Of a DNA stretch of 32,000 nt, positions 1 through 8,686 are shown one piece after another. This DNA is from Methanothermobacter thermautotrophicus str. Delta H (lineage in GTDB: Archaea > Methanobacteriota > Methanobacteria > Methanobacteriales > Methanothermobacteraceae), in NCBI RefSeq assembly GCF_000008645.1, contig NC_000916.1, positions 330,001 to 362,000 of the forward strand, in the 5' to 3' direction. Below the pieces are notes generated by a model that saw only the letters and a program-made list of their open reading frames with translations, searched no databases and was not told the origin of the DNA. The position numbers and the translations under genes were made by a program. Every line of letters begins with the position of its first letter. Position 1 is the stretch's first letter.

Positions 1-135
1 CCATTCCAGCAGTTTTAAGCATATTCCCACCCCATCATGTCCTGGAGGTTCCTATGGAGTCACATCCACTTACCGGTTTCTGTGAATATAATCACGAAAA
101 CGACTATGAAAATCCTTAAAATTTATTACTAAATC

Positions 136-210
136 TTCTGTAGAGGGACCCTTCAGATATCAGTAAAAAAAAGTTTCTGTAGAGAAACCTCCAGATATTA
201 GTAAAAAAGG
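136..210. promoter_or_regulatory. Two tandem ~37-bp imperfect direct repeats (136-172, 175-210) upstream of the eha operon, each containing an imperfect palindrome
   Basis: Read directly: ttctgtagagggacccttcagatatcagtaaaaaa and ttctgtagagaaacctccagatattagtaaaaaa, period 39 bp, about 55-130 bp upstream of the TATA-like box at 265. The repeat is certain. A regulatory role is inference. Confidence 0.35.
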
Positions 211-264
211 CCATAATTTTATTAAGAGGTCTTTTTTAGGTCTAACTCACCTTTTTTAAAAAGA

Positions 265-272
265 TTTATATA
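265..272 (+). promoter_or_regulatory. TATA-box-like element TTTATATA in front of ehaA
   Basis: Matches the archaeal TATA consensus. It overlaps the first ATG of the ORF (272), so either this is not the promoter or ehaA starts at ATG 296. Confidence 0.4.
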
Positions 273-589
273 TGTTGGATTATCATTCTTTTATCATGAT
301 TATTCATGTTACATATCTTTCAGGTTACCTAGCAGCCATTATTTCATCGATAATCGTTTCAGCGATACTGGGGCTTCCCCTGACACCTGAAAGGCCGGCC
401 AGGCACTCATGGACACCATCGGCCATCTTCCCGACACCGGTAATTGCACTGGGACTCACAGCAATATCCATAAAACTGGGTGTCACAGGTATCTATGGAG
501 CCGACCTCGGAGCCGTGGCAGGGGTCCTATCAGCAATAATGACTGCATACTTCCTTGAGGATATATTCCCCAGACCGGAGGACTCATGA
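272..589 (+). CDS. ehaA: Energy-converting hydrogenase A, small integral membrane subunit EhaA
   Basis: 105-aa hydrophobic ORF and first of 20 co-directional, tightly packed or overlapping ORFs. ATGA overlap with the next gene. Letter assigned by position in the published ehaA-T order. Start uncertain (272 or 296). Confidence 0.7.
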   Translation: MLDYHSFIMIIHVTYLSGYLAAIISSIIVSAILGLPLTPERPARHSWTPSAIFPTPVIALGLTAISIKLGVTGIYGADLGAVAGVLSAIMTAYFLEDIFPRPEDS

Positions 590-1092
590 TGAATGAACTG
601 GTTGGAGTTGCAGCCGCAGCAGCCATATCCTGGCTGAACTTCGTTGTGATAGACACATGGATGGGTCTCCCTGAGAAGCCAGGTGTGAGGGGGGCCGACT
701 ACATTGGAAGGGACATAGAGAAGAGGGGAGGCGACCTTGCGGGTGGCTTCTTCCAGGGAAACATTGTATGCTCACCGGACGCATCAGCAGGCACCCTCCT
801 CGGCGCCATCGGATGCTACCTCATTGGCGTGCCTGAGGGAGGCCTCGTGGCAGCCCTCCTGGTGTTCATAGGGAACCGTCTCTGCGCCGACCCGGGGTAT
901 GCCGGGACACTCGGGGCCCTCTCCATAACAGTCATAATAGCGCTGGCATCCCTCGCCGGGATGAGCCCCGGGCTCTTCGTCGCCGGGATGGTCATTGCAA
1001 TAACCACCATACAGGGTGTGAGCCACTCCAGATCATCAAGGCTCCTTGGGGCCATAGCCAGGAGGATGAACAGGTACACTGACCTGAAATAG
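586..1092 (+). CDS. ehaB: Eha integral membrane subunit EhaB
   Basis: 168-aa Gly/Ala-rich multi-TM ORF with a 4-nt overlap with ehaA. Assigned by operon position. Confidence 0.75.
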   Translation: MMNELVGVAAAAAISWLNFVVIDTWMGLPEKPGVRGADYIGRDIEKRGGDLAGGFFQGNIVCSPDASAGTLLGAIGCYLIGVPEGGLVAALLVFIGNRLCADPGYAGTLGALSITVIIALASLAGMSPGLFVAGMVIAITTIQGVSHSRSSRLLGAIARRMNRYTDLK

Positions 1093-1095
1093 AAG

Positions 1096-1356
1096 GTGTT
1101 AATCATGTTGATCCAGATAACAGGGATAATAGTGGTGCTCATGGCCTTGAGGACACTCCTGGCCCAGGACAGGGCTGAGAGGCTCCTCTACCTCAATGCC
1201 ATGTCCTTTGGAATATCTGCAATGATAGCCCTCTACGTTGGAACCGCCTTTGGCGCTGTCCTTGCAACGGTATACTTTGTGGCATCAACCATAACATCCA
1301 ATGCAATCGCCCACACCCTTGACCGTGTTGGAGAGGAAATGGTTATCGAGGATTAG
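1096..1356 (+). CDS. ehaC: Eha integral membrane subunit EhaC
   Basis: 86-aa ORF with 2-3 TM helices. Frame is open from GTG 1096. ATG 1105 has better spacing to the agaaggtg Shine-Dalgarno-like site. Confidence 0.7.
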   Translation: MLIMLIQITGIIVVLMALRTLLAQDRAERLLYLNAMSFGISAMIALYVGTAFGAVLATVYFVASTITSNAIAHTLDRVGEEMVIED

Positions 1357-1380
1357 GAATATATAGATGATTACTGGTGA

Positions 1381-1659
1381 ATGTTTATGAATCCGATGGA
1401 CCTCCTTAACATTACAAACGTTGGTGTCTTTGTCATATTCACGGGAGCTGCAGGCATCATACTCCTCTCAAGGCCCCTTGATAAGATAATAATGTTTTCG
1501 CTCCTCCAGGGGGGCTTTGTGATGGTCCTTGCAGCTGCAAGGTACCTTGATGTTGCCATGGCAGCGGCCCTCTTTGACCCCATATCAACCATAATACTGC
1601 TGATGGCCGTTATGAGGATAAATGATATAAGGACTTCGAGGGGTGAGGAACTTGCCTGA
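1381..1659 (+). CDS. ehaD: Eha integral membrane subunit EhaD
   Basis: 92-aa hydrophobic ORF. ATG 1381 or ATG 1387, with ggtga at 1376-1380. Confidence 0.7.
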   Translation: MFMNPMDLLNITNVGVFVIFTGAAGIILLSRPLDKIIMFSLLQGGFVMVLAAARYLDVAMAAALFDPISTIILLMAVMRINDIRTSRGEELA

Positions 1660-1712
1660 GGCTTCCATGTTCTCATTCAGGATTATTTACGGGGGTGAGG
1701 AACTTGCTTGAG
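1640..1712. repeat. 21-nt direct repeat (20/21 identical) bracketing the ehaD-ehaE junction
   Basis: ggggtgaggaacttgcctgag at 1640-1660 and ggggtgaggaacttgcttgag at 1692-1712. Copy 1 is the last codons of ehaD. Copy 2 contains the GTG start and first codons of ehaE in a different frame. Confidence 0.9.
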
Positions 1713-1964
1713 ACCCAGATCTGGTTCTATGCAGGGGCAGCCCTTGTGGTGATAGGTTCAATCGCAACCGTGGCAGGTCCGGGTGTCAGGGACCCCATTG
1801 TGAGGATCCTCAACACCGAGATACCTGCGGTTGGTGTTTCACTCATATTCCTCACCTACAACCACACCCTTGCCCTCCTGACCTTCATCGCGGCAACAAC
1901 CATAATGACACTGGTACTCCTCAGGGCGGTTATAAGGCTTGAGGAGATGGGGGTGGAATTATGA
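1695..1964 (+). CDS. ehaE: Eha integral membrane subunit EhaE
   Basis: 89-aa hydrophobic ORF with a GTG start preceded by ggggg. ATGA-type overlap with ehaF. Confidence 0.7.
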   Translation: MRNLLETQIWFYAGAALVVIGSIATVAGPGVRDPIVRILNTEIPAVGVSLIFLTYNHTLALLTFIAATTIMTLVLLRAVIRLEEMGVEL

Positions 1965-2440
1965 GTCTTGGAAGAATCCTGAATGAACTTGCGAACCCCA
2001 AGAGGATACCCAGACTCTTCGCCTTCTCCCTGGGCCTGATACTCCTTGTAGGATTCCTTGTACCCATCACCCTGAACCCTGATCAGCTCTACCCGAGGCC
2101 ACTGCCCCAGGAACAGATAAACAGCAAGGACCCCCTGGCACCCTATGACCGTGGGGGAGTACCCCTGGAGAAGCCAGGCGATGTGAAGTCACAGTACCCC
2201 CAGTTTGAGGTTAACCTGGGTAAGATAACAGCCTACCTCTCACCCATTGCAATAGCTGTTAAGGGCCTGACGGTGTACTTCGGTACATCCATATACTCCT
2301 CCCCTGGTGGGCTCATAGATGAGATACTCTACTACACCAGGGGCCTTGACACGGTCCTGGAGTCAAGCATACTGATGATGGCCTTCACCATAGCCTCATG
2401 GGTCGCCCTTAACTTCACTATGAGGAGGCGCAGGTCATGA
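1961..2440 (+). CDS. ehaF: Eha membrane-anchored subunit EhaF
   Basis: 159-aa ORF with N- and C-terminal TM segments and a hydrophilic middle. Overlaps the ehaE stop. Confidence 0.75.
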   Translation: MSLGRILNELANPKRIPRLFAFSLGLILLVGFLVPITLNPDQLYPRPLPQEQINSKDPLAPYDRGGVPLEKPGDVKSQYPQFEVNLGKITAYLSPIAIAVKGLTVYFGTSIYSSPGGLIDEILYYTRGLDTVLESSILMMAFTIASWVALNFTMRRRRS

Positions 2441-2473
2441 TGTCAGGGAGATGTCTGGAGAGGTTTGTGATGA

Positions 2474-2549
2474 TCACCCTTTCACTGTTCCAGAGAAGTG
2501 TGGAGGCACATTTATGATGGTCCCGGAATTCACCCTTTCACTGTTCCAG
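2474..2549. repeat. Perfect 20-nt direct repeat flanking the ehaG start codon
   Basis: tcaccctttcactgttccag at 2474-2493 and again at 2530-2549, period 56. The copies lie in different reading frames relative to the ORF. Confidence 0.95.
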
Positions 2550-3176
2550 CCCGCCATTTACACGGGCCTCATAGCAGGATTCATAGCGCTACTCGGGATA
2601 TCATTCCAGAAGAATGACCTGAGCGCGCTGATAATCACGGACATAGTTGGAATAGCAATGCTCGTAATCGTTGCAGCCGTTGGAACCGACCTCGCAGAGG
2701 CCCTCATACTCCCGGGTCTCGTGGTCGAACTGGCTGAGATAATGGCCATATCAGAGATACTCATATCAAGGGAGATGAGGATACTGGGGGAGGTGCCGGT
2801 GGTTGAACACAGACCCATGGAACTTGAGGTGTTCAGGACAGCCCCCAACTTCCTTGCTCTGATACTCATCGCCTACGGTGTTTTCCTCACAGGGTTCACC
2901 GGGGGTGCTGTTGCCGGGGCAGGGATACTCTTCTACGTAGCTACCAGGAGGGCCAGGGGCCTTCCCACAGTGGAGTGGGATGGGATTGCAGGTATCTCCG
3001 GTGTAACATGGTGCCTCTGGCTTGCAGGTTTTCTGATATTCTTCACCGCCCCACAGCTCTGGCTGCCGGCCCTCTTCATGTCAGGATGCGGCATACTCAT
3101 AAAGGTCGCCAGCAAGATGGGCCTCATCGGGGTCCTTGCAAGGGAGGAGATCAGGGAAGCAGGGGGTGATGAGTGA
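2514..3176 (+). CDS. ehaG: Eha integral membrane subunit EhaG
   Basis: The ORF is open from 2451, but ggagg at 2502-2506 sits 7 nt before ATG 2514 (MMVPEF...). The product is a multi-TM protein. Confidence 0.75.
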   Translation: MMVPEFTLSLFQPAIYTGLIAGFIALLGISFQKNDLSALIITDIVGIAMLVIVAAVGTDLAEALILPGLVVELAEIMAISEILISREMRILGEVPVVEHRPMELEVFRTAPNFLALILIAYGVFLTGFTGGAVAGAGILFYVATRRARGLPTVEWDGIAGISGVTWCLWLAGFLIFFTAPQLWLPALFMSGCGILIKVASKMGLIGVLAREEIREAGGDE

Positions 3177-3847
3177 TGGATATAGCGTCCCTGGGAGGTG
3201 AACTCCTCGGCCAGATACCCTTCGGTGATATCGTACTCTACCTGACACCCTTCAACCTCTTCATGTTTGCAGCCGTGCTCATATTCACCTTCCTCATAGC
3301 CATAAGCAGGACCGAGACCCAGGTTGAAACCGAGTTCGGGACACTGGGCAACAGGCGCGTGGAGGTCGACACCGCCGAGTTCAGGATCAGGCGGTTCCTG
3401 GCCATTGTCTGCGGACTTGCAACAGCCGGTGCAATGGTGACAGGTGACCTCTTCAACTTCACCCTCTTCGTGGCACTCATAGGTATCGTGAACATAGGTA
3501 TAGTTTCGGCGGTGAGGCAGGTTGAGGTCCTTGACGCGGCCTTCCAGTATGGACTGATAGCCATGATGGCCTCACTCCCACTGTTCGGGGGCGCAGCCCT
3601 GGTGCTGGGATCATCAGGTACCCTGAGCCTCCTTGAACTATCAGGGATGGCCGGTAACCCCATGATAGTCTTCGCCGCCCTCCTGCTCCTCATGGGTGTT
3701 GTTGGTGAGACCGGTGTCGCACCCTTCTATGCAACCAAGGCCGAGATGTTCCGCACACCGGGTTCACCCTTCATACTTATAATACACCTCAGCTCCCTCC
3801 TGGTGATTGTGAGGGCCATAGAGGTTTTGCTGATAGTTTCACTGTAG
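3173..3847 (+). CDS. ehaH: Eha conserved integral membrane subunit EhaH, a short antiporter-like (NuoL/M/N, HycC/EchA-related) fragment
   Basis: 224-aa multi-[25 protein letters not shown] resembles the conserved proton-pump-subunit motif (PfH..lP.A...P.P.S). Overlaps the ehaG stop. Confidence 0.75.
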   Translation: MMDIASLGGELLGQIPFGDIVLYLTPFNLFMFAAVLIFTFLIAISRTETQVETEFGTLGNRRVEVDTAEFRIRRFLAIVCGLATAGAMVTGDLFNFTLFVALIGIVNIGIVSAVRQVEVLDAAFQYGLIAMMASLPLFGGAALVLGSSGTLSLLELSGMAGNPMIVFAALLLLMGVVGETGVAPFYATKAEMFRTPGSPFILIIHLSSLLVIVRAIEVLLIVSL

Positions 3848-4072
3848 GTGAGATCAATGAACAGGCTCAGAACAGGAAGTTTAACTGCACTCATACTTTC
3901 AGCTGCAGGGATAATCTACGCCCTGATATTCAACCCCCCATCATGGGTTGTATACGGTGTGGCCATATTCCTGATACCTGTCTTCATACTCTCCATTGGT
4001 ATACTCTCCATGGCCAGGCCAGAGGAGGATGAGGCAGAGGACAGGGTTGATGAACCATTCATAGGGTACTGA
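3848..4072 (+). CDS. ehaI: Eha integral membrane subunit EhaI
   Basis: 74-aa ORF with 2 TM helices and an acidic tail. GTG 3848 or, more likely, ATG 3857 (aggtga at 3846-3851). Confidence 0.7.
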   Translation: MRSMNRLRTGSLTALILSAAGIIYALIFNPPSWVVYGVAIFLIPVFILSIGILSMARPEEDEAEDRVDEPFIGY

Positions 4073-4113
4073 GTTTATGATAATAGAATCATTCCGGTGT
4101 TAATGGTGATGAG

Positions 4114-4977
4114 ATGAATCTGATGGGAAACATCATAGTGAATGTTCTTATAGCATTTCTCATAGGAAGCCTCCTTCTGGGCTTCCAGAGGAAGGTCATG
4201 GCAAGGATACAGAGAAGGCCGGGGCCCCCTGTTATACAGCACCTCCTCCACACCCTGAAGTTCTACGTAAAGGAGTCGTCCTTCCCGAGGACCGCTGCCA
4301 TGCCATTCTACATTGCAATAGCAGCGACACTCTGCGGTATATGGATAAGCGCGGTTATAATCGGGCCGGTGCTTGAGGGTTCCCTCCTGCTGTTCTTCGG
4401 GATCTACGCCCTCCACAAGATAGTTGAACACAATGCAGGGTCTTCATCAGGGTCACCCTACGGTAAGCTCAGCTGCGTCCGTGCAGTGTTCTCAGCTGCA
4501 GCCGAAATGCCGCTCTTCGCTGTCCTTGCAATCATATACCTCCAGACCAGGAAAATGATAATATCAGATATCATAGGGTACCAGAGCATCCACGGGCCCC
4601 TGCTGCTGAAGCTGCCCCTGGCAGCCATGATGTTCTTCGTCCTCATCCTCTCAAAGGCACCCTACTCACCCTTCTCCATCACCAAGGGGAAGGACATAAT
4701 ATCAGGATATGAGACAGAGCACTTCGGGGTCCTCAGGGGTTACCTGATGATCTCGGAGTCCATAGCATGGTACATGCTGCTCTGGATATTCCTCACAGTC
4801 TTCATCGGTGGTCTGAGCCTGCCGCTCTACATACTCGGGATGGTGATAATCACAACCATAACGGCCTTCATAAATGCGACAACACCCATGCTGAACCCGA
4901 ACCACTCGGTGGCCATACAGGTCATCCTGGCCTTCGTGGGTATAGCGGGTTCAATCGTCCTCATGCTTGTAATGTAG
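4114..4977 (+). CDS. ehaJ: Eha conserved integral membrane subunit EhaJ (NuoH/HycD/EchB family)
   Basis: 287 aa with about 8 TM helices. The N-terminal [16 protein letters not shown] matches the NuoH/HycD signature (eRK..A..Q.R.GP). Confidence 0.82.
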   Translation: MNLMGNIIVNVLIAFLIGSLLLGFQRKVMARIQRRPGPPVIQHLLHTLKFYVKESSFPRTAAMPFYIAIAATLCGIWISAVIIGPVLEGSLLLFFGIYALHKIVEHNAGSSSGSPYGKLSCVRAVFSAAAEMPLFAVLAIIYLQTRKMIISDIIGYQSIHGPLLLKLPLAAMMFFVLILSKAPYSPFSITKGKDIISGYETEHFGVLRGYLMISESIAWYMLLWIFLTVFIGGLSLPLYILGMVIITTITAFINATTPMLNPNHSVAIQVILAFVGIAGSIVLMLVM

Positions 4978-4997
4978 AAGACATGATGTGGAATGAA

Positions 4998-5044
4998 AAT
5001 GGAAGGGATTTAATCAGAAAAGAGGGGATTTAATGGAAAGGGAT
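4998..5044. repeat. Duplicated ehaK start context that creates a 4-codon upstream mini-ORF
   Basis: aatggaagggat (4998-5009) versus aatggaaagggat (5032-5044, contains the ehaK ATG 5033). gggatttaat occurs at 5005-5014 and 5025-5034. ATG GAA GGG ATT TAA spans 4999-5013. Confidence 0.85.
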
Positions 5045-5284
5045 CTTACCTTACTCACCGCACTGGTTGCAGGGGGCGTTATAGCTGTGAGTCTCCTTGC
5101 AGCCATCATGCAGAGAATGTCTGTGGCTCTTATAACAATCCTTGGAGTGCTGTTCACGGTTCTTCTGCTCCTGGCGGGCCGTGAAGGGTTCTCCAGGTTC
5201 TCAGAGGACCTCGAGAGGGCAGCATTCTTTGCGGTGCTTGCCATGTTTATAGTATCATTCATAATACTTTACAGACCATTATAA
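5033..5284 (+). CDS. ehaK: Eha integral membrane subunit EhaK
   Basis: 83-aa ORF with 2-3 TM helices. Assigned by operon position. Confidence 0.7.
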   Translation: MERDLTLLTALVAGGVIAVSLLAAIMQRMSVALITILGVLFTVLLLLAGREGFSRFSEDLERAAFFAVLAMFIVSFIILYRPL

Positions 5285-5297
5285 GTGGAGTTCACTG

Positions 5298-5624
5298 GTG
5301 ATAATCTTGTATGAAATATACCTGGTATACACGGTTTCCTTTATCGCGGGCTCGGTGCTGGGCCTGCTGCTCAGTTACAGGAAGTACAGGGAGCCCTTCG
5401 TGGATGAAAAGATCGATCCACTGGCCCTTGTGGTTGCAGTGGCAGGGTGGACTGTCCTTGTGAATGCAGGGCATCTGCCCCTCACTGATCTCATGAGGAC
5501 GGCCGGGCTCTTCATGGTGGCCCTGGTTGCAGGGATGAGGCCGGGCTACGGTAGATACGAGACCCTCACAGGGGCTATCCTGGCCCTCCTGATCTGGCTG
5601 ATTTCAGGGACTCTGGGGTGGTAA
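5298..5624 (+). CDS. ehaL: Eha integral membrane subunit EhaL
   Basis: 108-aa hydrophobic ORF with a GTG start. Assigned by operon position. Confidence 0.7.
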   Translation: MIILYEIYLVYTVSFIAGSVLGLLLSYRKYREPFVDEKIDPLALVVAVAGWTVLVNAGHLPLTDLMRTAGLFMVALVAGMRPGYGRYETLTGAILALLIWLISGTLGW

Positions 5625-5627
5625 TCA

Positions 5628-6008
5628 ATGGATGAAGGAGAACTAATGCGGCTGATGAAGAGGAGGATACTTGAGAGTTACCGCTGGCAGGAGGATGTTG
5701 TAAAGCCACTATCCAGGGAACTTGAAATTGACGTTGAGGAATTCCAGGACATACTCATGGACAAACTCGACATGTCGAGCCTGGAGGCCCTGCACCCCAG
5801 GTTCGAGTCGGCAAGGCCGAGGTGTATCAGGGAGAAGCTCCACAGTGACCTCCAGCTCTGCTGGCTCGTTGATGTCATGGAGATCATAAGTGTGGATGAT
5901 GCCGAGGCCCTCAAGGATGAGATCACAGAGCTGGTCCTGGCAGGGAGGGAGTACTCCGAGGCCCTCAGTGAGGGCAGGAGGAGGCTCCATGAGATACTGA
6001 GATCATGA
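5628..6008 (+). CDS. ehaM: Eha hydrophilic subunit EhaM
   Basis: 126-aa acidic soluble ORF that starts 3 nt after the ehaL stop. I recognise no motif. Assigned by operon position. Confidence 0.7.
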   Translation: MDEGELMRLMKRRILESYRWQEDVVKPLSRELEIDVEEFQDILMDKLDMSSLEALHPRFESARPRCIREKLHSDLQLCWLVDVMEIISVDDAEALKDEITELVLAGREYSEALSEGRRRLHEILRS

Positions 6009-6048
6009 TGAACTTCAATCAATAAAGAGCAAATGCTGAGGTAAAGAA

Positions 6049-6495
6049 ATGTTGGATGCCCTTAAAAGTATTCTGAGGAAAACATCAATCCATGTATGCC
6101 TTGTAAATACAGGGGGGTGCAACGGCTGTGATATAGAGGTCCTCGCACTCCTCTCACCAAGATATGACCTTGAACAGTACGGTATATACGTCCACCAGAA
6201 CCCCAGGGAGGCCGATGTCATACTTGTAACCGGTGCAGTTACAGAGCAGTGGAGGGAGAAACTCCAGAGGATCTACCGCAAGGCACCGGAGCCAAAGATA
6301 GTGGTGGCCCTGGGCAACTGTCCAATATCCGGTGACGTATTCAACCAGGAGGGTGGAAGCGTCTATGCACCGGTCTCCGACTTCATACCGGTGGATGCAG
6401 AGGTGCCCGGCTGCCCCCCCAGACCATCAGAGATACTTGAAGCAATACTGGCGGTGGCGCCCGGGGCCATAGCAGAGAGGGGGAAGAAGAGATGA
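6049..6495 (+). CDS. ehaN: [NiFe] hydrogenase small subunit, NuoB/EchC-like (EhaN)
   Basis: 148 aa. It has the four Cys of the proximal [4Fe-4S] cluster in the NuoB pattern: [22 protein letters not shown]. Confidence 0.9.
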   Translation: MLDALKSILRKTSIHVCLVNTGGCNGCDIEVLALLSPRYDLEQYGIYVHQNPREADVILVTGAVTEQWREKLQRIYRKAPEPKIVVALGNCPISGDVFNQEGGSVYAPVSDFIPVDAEVPGCPPRPSEILEAILAVAPGAIAERGKKR

Positions 6496-7604
6496 TACTG
6501 CCACTTGGACCCATGCACCCGGGATACAAGGAGCCCATAAGGCTCAAGGTGAAGACCCGGGGTGAAAAGGTTCTCAAAGCCGAAATAGAATACGGATACG
6601 TTCACAGGGGAATAGAGAGGGTTATGAGGAACAAGACCTGGCAGAAGGCCATCTACCTCTCTGAACGCGTCTGCGGGATATGTTCATACATACACACACA
6701 GACCTTTGCAGAGGCCTTTGAGGCCATATCAGAGGTCGAGGCACCCCCCAGGGCACAGTTCCTCCGTGCATTAACAAACGAGCTTGACAGGATACAGAGT
6801 CACCTCATCGCAAATTCAACCTACTTCAAGGCCCTGGACCATGAGACCATGTTCATGTACATGCTGGCCCTCAGGGAGCCTGTAATGGACGCCATCGAGC
6901 TCCTGACAGGTAACCGGGTCAACATGGGCTGGAACGTGGTGGGTGGCGTGAGGATGGACGCCTCAGAGAGCCACCTGTCAATGATAAGGGAGATCATAGT
7001 TGACCTTGAAAGAGAGTTCGACCGTTACGTTGAGATGTTCGAGCACGGCCCACTCATAGGCCTCAGGTCAAGGGAGGTCGGTTACATGAGCCAGGAGGAG
7101 GCAGAGAAGGCCAGGGCCGTTGGACCTATAGGGAGGGCCTCGGGTATAAGGTATGACTTCAGGGAGGACCACCCCACCTACAGGGACCACCTGGACTTCA
7201 GGACCATCTGGAGGGATGATGGCGACAACTTTGCACGGGTCATGAACCGTTTCGATGAGATCAGGGTCTCAATTGACCTCATAAAGCAGGTCATAGATGA
7301 CATGCCAGGGGGACCCGTCAGGACGAAGGTTGACGTGAAGGCGGGTTACGGTGAGTGGAGAAACGAGGCCCCCCGGGGAGAGGTGGCCTACATGATTGAA
7401 ACCAACGGCAACCTCATAAAGAACATATCCATAAGGACCCCGAGCATAATGAACATTGACGCCTGCGCAAAGTACATGCTGAGGGACGTGGCAACAGTTG
7501 CAGACGCCGTTGCAACATATGCAAGCGCTGATCCATGCATAGCATGCGCAGAGAGGGTCATGGTTGTTGATGAAGAGAGTGGGGAGAGGGAGATACTCCT
7601 CTAA
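6492..7604 (+). CDS. ehaO: [NiFe] hydrogenase large subunit, NuoD/EchE-like (EhaO)
   Basis: 370 aa. N-terminal RVCGICS and C-terminal DPCIACAER Ni-Fe ligand motifs, with 15 residues following the ...CAER motif. ATGA overlap with ehaN. Confidence 0.92.
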   Translation: MILPLGPMHPGYKEPIRLKVKTRGEKVLKAEIEYGYVHRGIERVMRNKTWQKAIYLSERVCGICSYIHTQTFAEAFEAISEVEAPPRAQFLRALTNELDRIQSHLIANSTYFKALDHETMFMYMLALREPVMDAIELLTGNRVNMGWNVVGGVRMDASESHLSMIREIIVDLEREFDRYVEMFEHGPLIGLRSREVGYMSQEEAEKARAVGPIGRASGIRYDFREDHPTYRDHLDFRTIWRDDGDNFARVMNRFDEIRVSIDLIKQVIDDMPGGPVRTKVDVKAGYGEWRNEAPRGEVAYMIETNGNLIKNISIRTPSIMNIDACAKYMLRDVATVADAVATYASADPCIACAERVMVVDEESGEREILL

Positions 7605-7627
7605 TAAATGCGTGATGTTGATGTCCT

Positions 7628-8653
7628 ATGTCCTCTGTAATATGGTACCTTTACGAGTTTGCCCGTAAGTCCTGGGCAGAGAAATTCGCCAATGCACACA
7701 CAGAACACGAGATCCTTGAAAAACCAGAGAGATTCAGGGATTTCCCCACAGTTAAGAGGGAGTACTGCATAGGCTGTGGGGCCTGCACAACGGCCTGTCC
7801 TGCCCCTGGCGCAATAAAACTGGTCCGTGACACCGACACGGCCGAGGAGGAGGGTCAGACCTACCCTGTCATAGTCAGGGGTGCGTGCATCAGGTGCGGC
7901 TTCTGCGCCGAGGTCTGCCCCACCGACCCCAAGACAATTGAATGCGGAGAGAATCACCTCATAAGGGAAGAGTTCACCATAGTACCCTCAGAGAAGCTCT
8001 ATGTCATAGATGACTACCTCTGCATACGCTGCAAGAAGTGCATGAAGGCCTGCCCGGTGGATGCAATAACCGAGAAGGACGGCAGGGTCGAGGTTGACCA
8101 GGGCAGGTGCATAGCCTGCGGTGAATGCCTCGAGAAGTGTCCTGTCAAGGGCGCCCTCAAGGTGATACACGTCGCCTACGTCGAGGAACAGAAGATGGTC
8201 ATAAACCTGGCGGTCAATGAACTGGAATCAGCCATAGAGGAGAAGAGCGAGGATATAAAGAAACTCGAAGCCGAAGGTGTCTACAGGATGAATTACCCCC
8301 TGAAACCCCTCCTCGAGAGGGCCCTTGAGATCCTCCCGGATGAGGAGATAGTCAGGGACCTCCTCGAGAAGATAACCGACCGCCTCAAGATGCGCATCAT
8401 AACATGGAGCCCCGAAAAATGTGTGCAGTGCCGTTTATGCGTGGATGAATGCCCATCAGGAGCCATAACCTACTCAGAGGATGAAGGAATCGTGAGGGAC
8501 CCTGATAAGTGTCTCAGGTGCAGCACATGCTACCAGACATGCCCCTTCGGTGTTGCAGGGTACTACGTTGCAAGGTTCCTCATAGATGAATCCAATGGAG
8601 AAGAGATGATAAGGATAACCATAAAACCGGCGGCTCTTCCTGTAAAGCGATGA
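7628..8653 (+). CDS. ehaP: 6x[4Fe-4S] polyferredoxin EhaP
   Basis: 341 aa with six CxxCxxCxxxCP motifs: [72 protein letters not shown]. Confidence 0.9.
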   Translation: MSSVIWYLYEFARKSWAEKFANAHTEHEILEKPERFRDFPTVKREYCIGCGACTTACPAPGAIKLVRDTDTAEEEGQTYPVIVRGACIRCGFCAEVCPTDPKTIECGENHLIREEFTIVPSEKLYVIDDYLCIRCKKCMKACPVDAITEKDGRVEVDQGRCIACGECLEKCPVKGALKVIHVAYVEEQKMVINLAVNELESAIEEKSEDIKKLEAEGVYRMNYPLKPLLERALEILPDEEIVRDLLEKITDRLKMRIITWSPEKCVQCRLCVDECPSGAITYSEDEGIVRDPDKCLRCSTCYQTCPFGVAGYYVARFLIDESNGEEMIRITIKPAALPVKR

Positions 8654-8686
8654 GGAGATGATAAAATTCCAGCTGCAGCAAAACCC

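Noticed and set aside
3-119. Possible 3' end of an upstream plus-strand gene (...GFCEYNHENDYENP-stop at 117-119)
   Set aside because: Only about 38 codons are visible and there is no motif. Another frame is also open for part of it, so this is too little evidence to call.
2558-3693. Minus-strand ORFs 2558..2869, 2933..3127 and 3238..3693, and plus ORF 2975..3169, inside ehaG and ehaH
   Set aside because: They lie antisense or out of frame within hydrophobic membrane-subunit genes. Their composition (Ser/Arg/Ala/Pro-rich) is typical of shadow ORFs, and they have no SD or start context.
7621-7634. Tandem atgtcct-atgtcct at the ehaP start, giving two ATGs 7 nt apart
   Set aside because: A 7-nt repeat is short enough to be chance. 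I note it only because it resembles the larger start-region duplications elsewhere in the operon.
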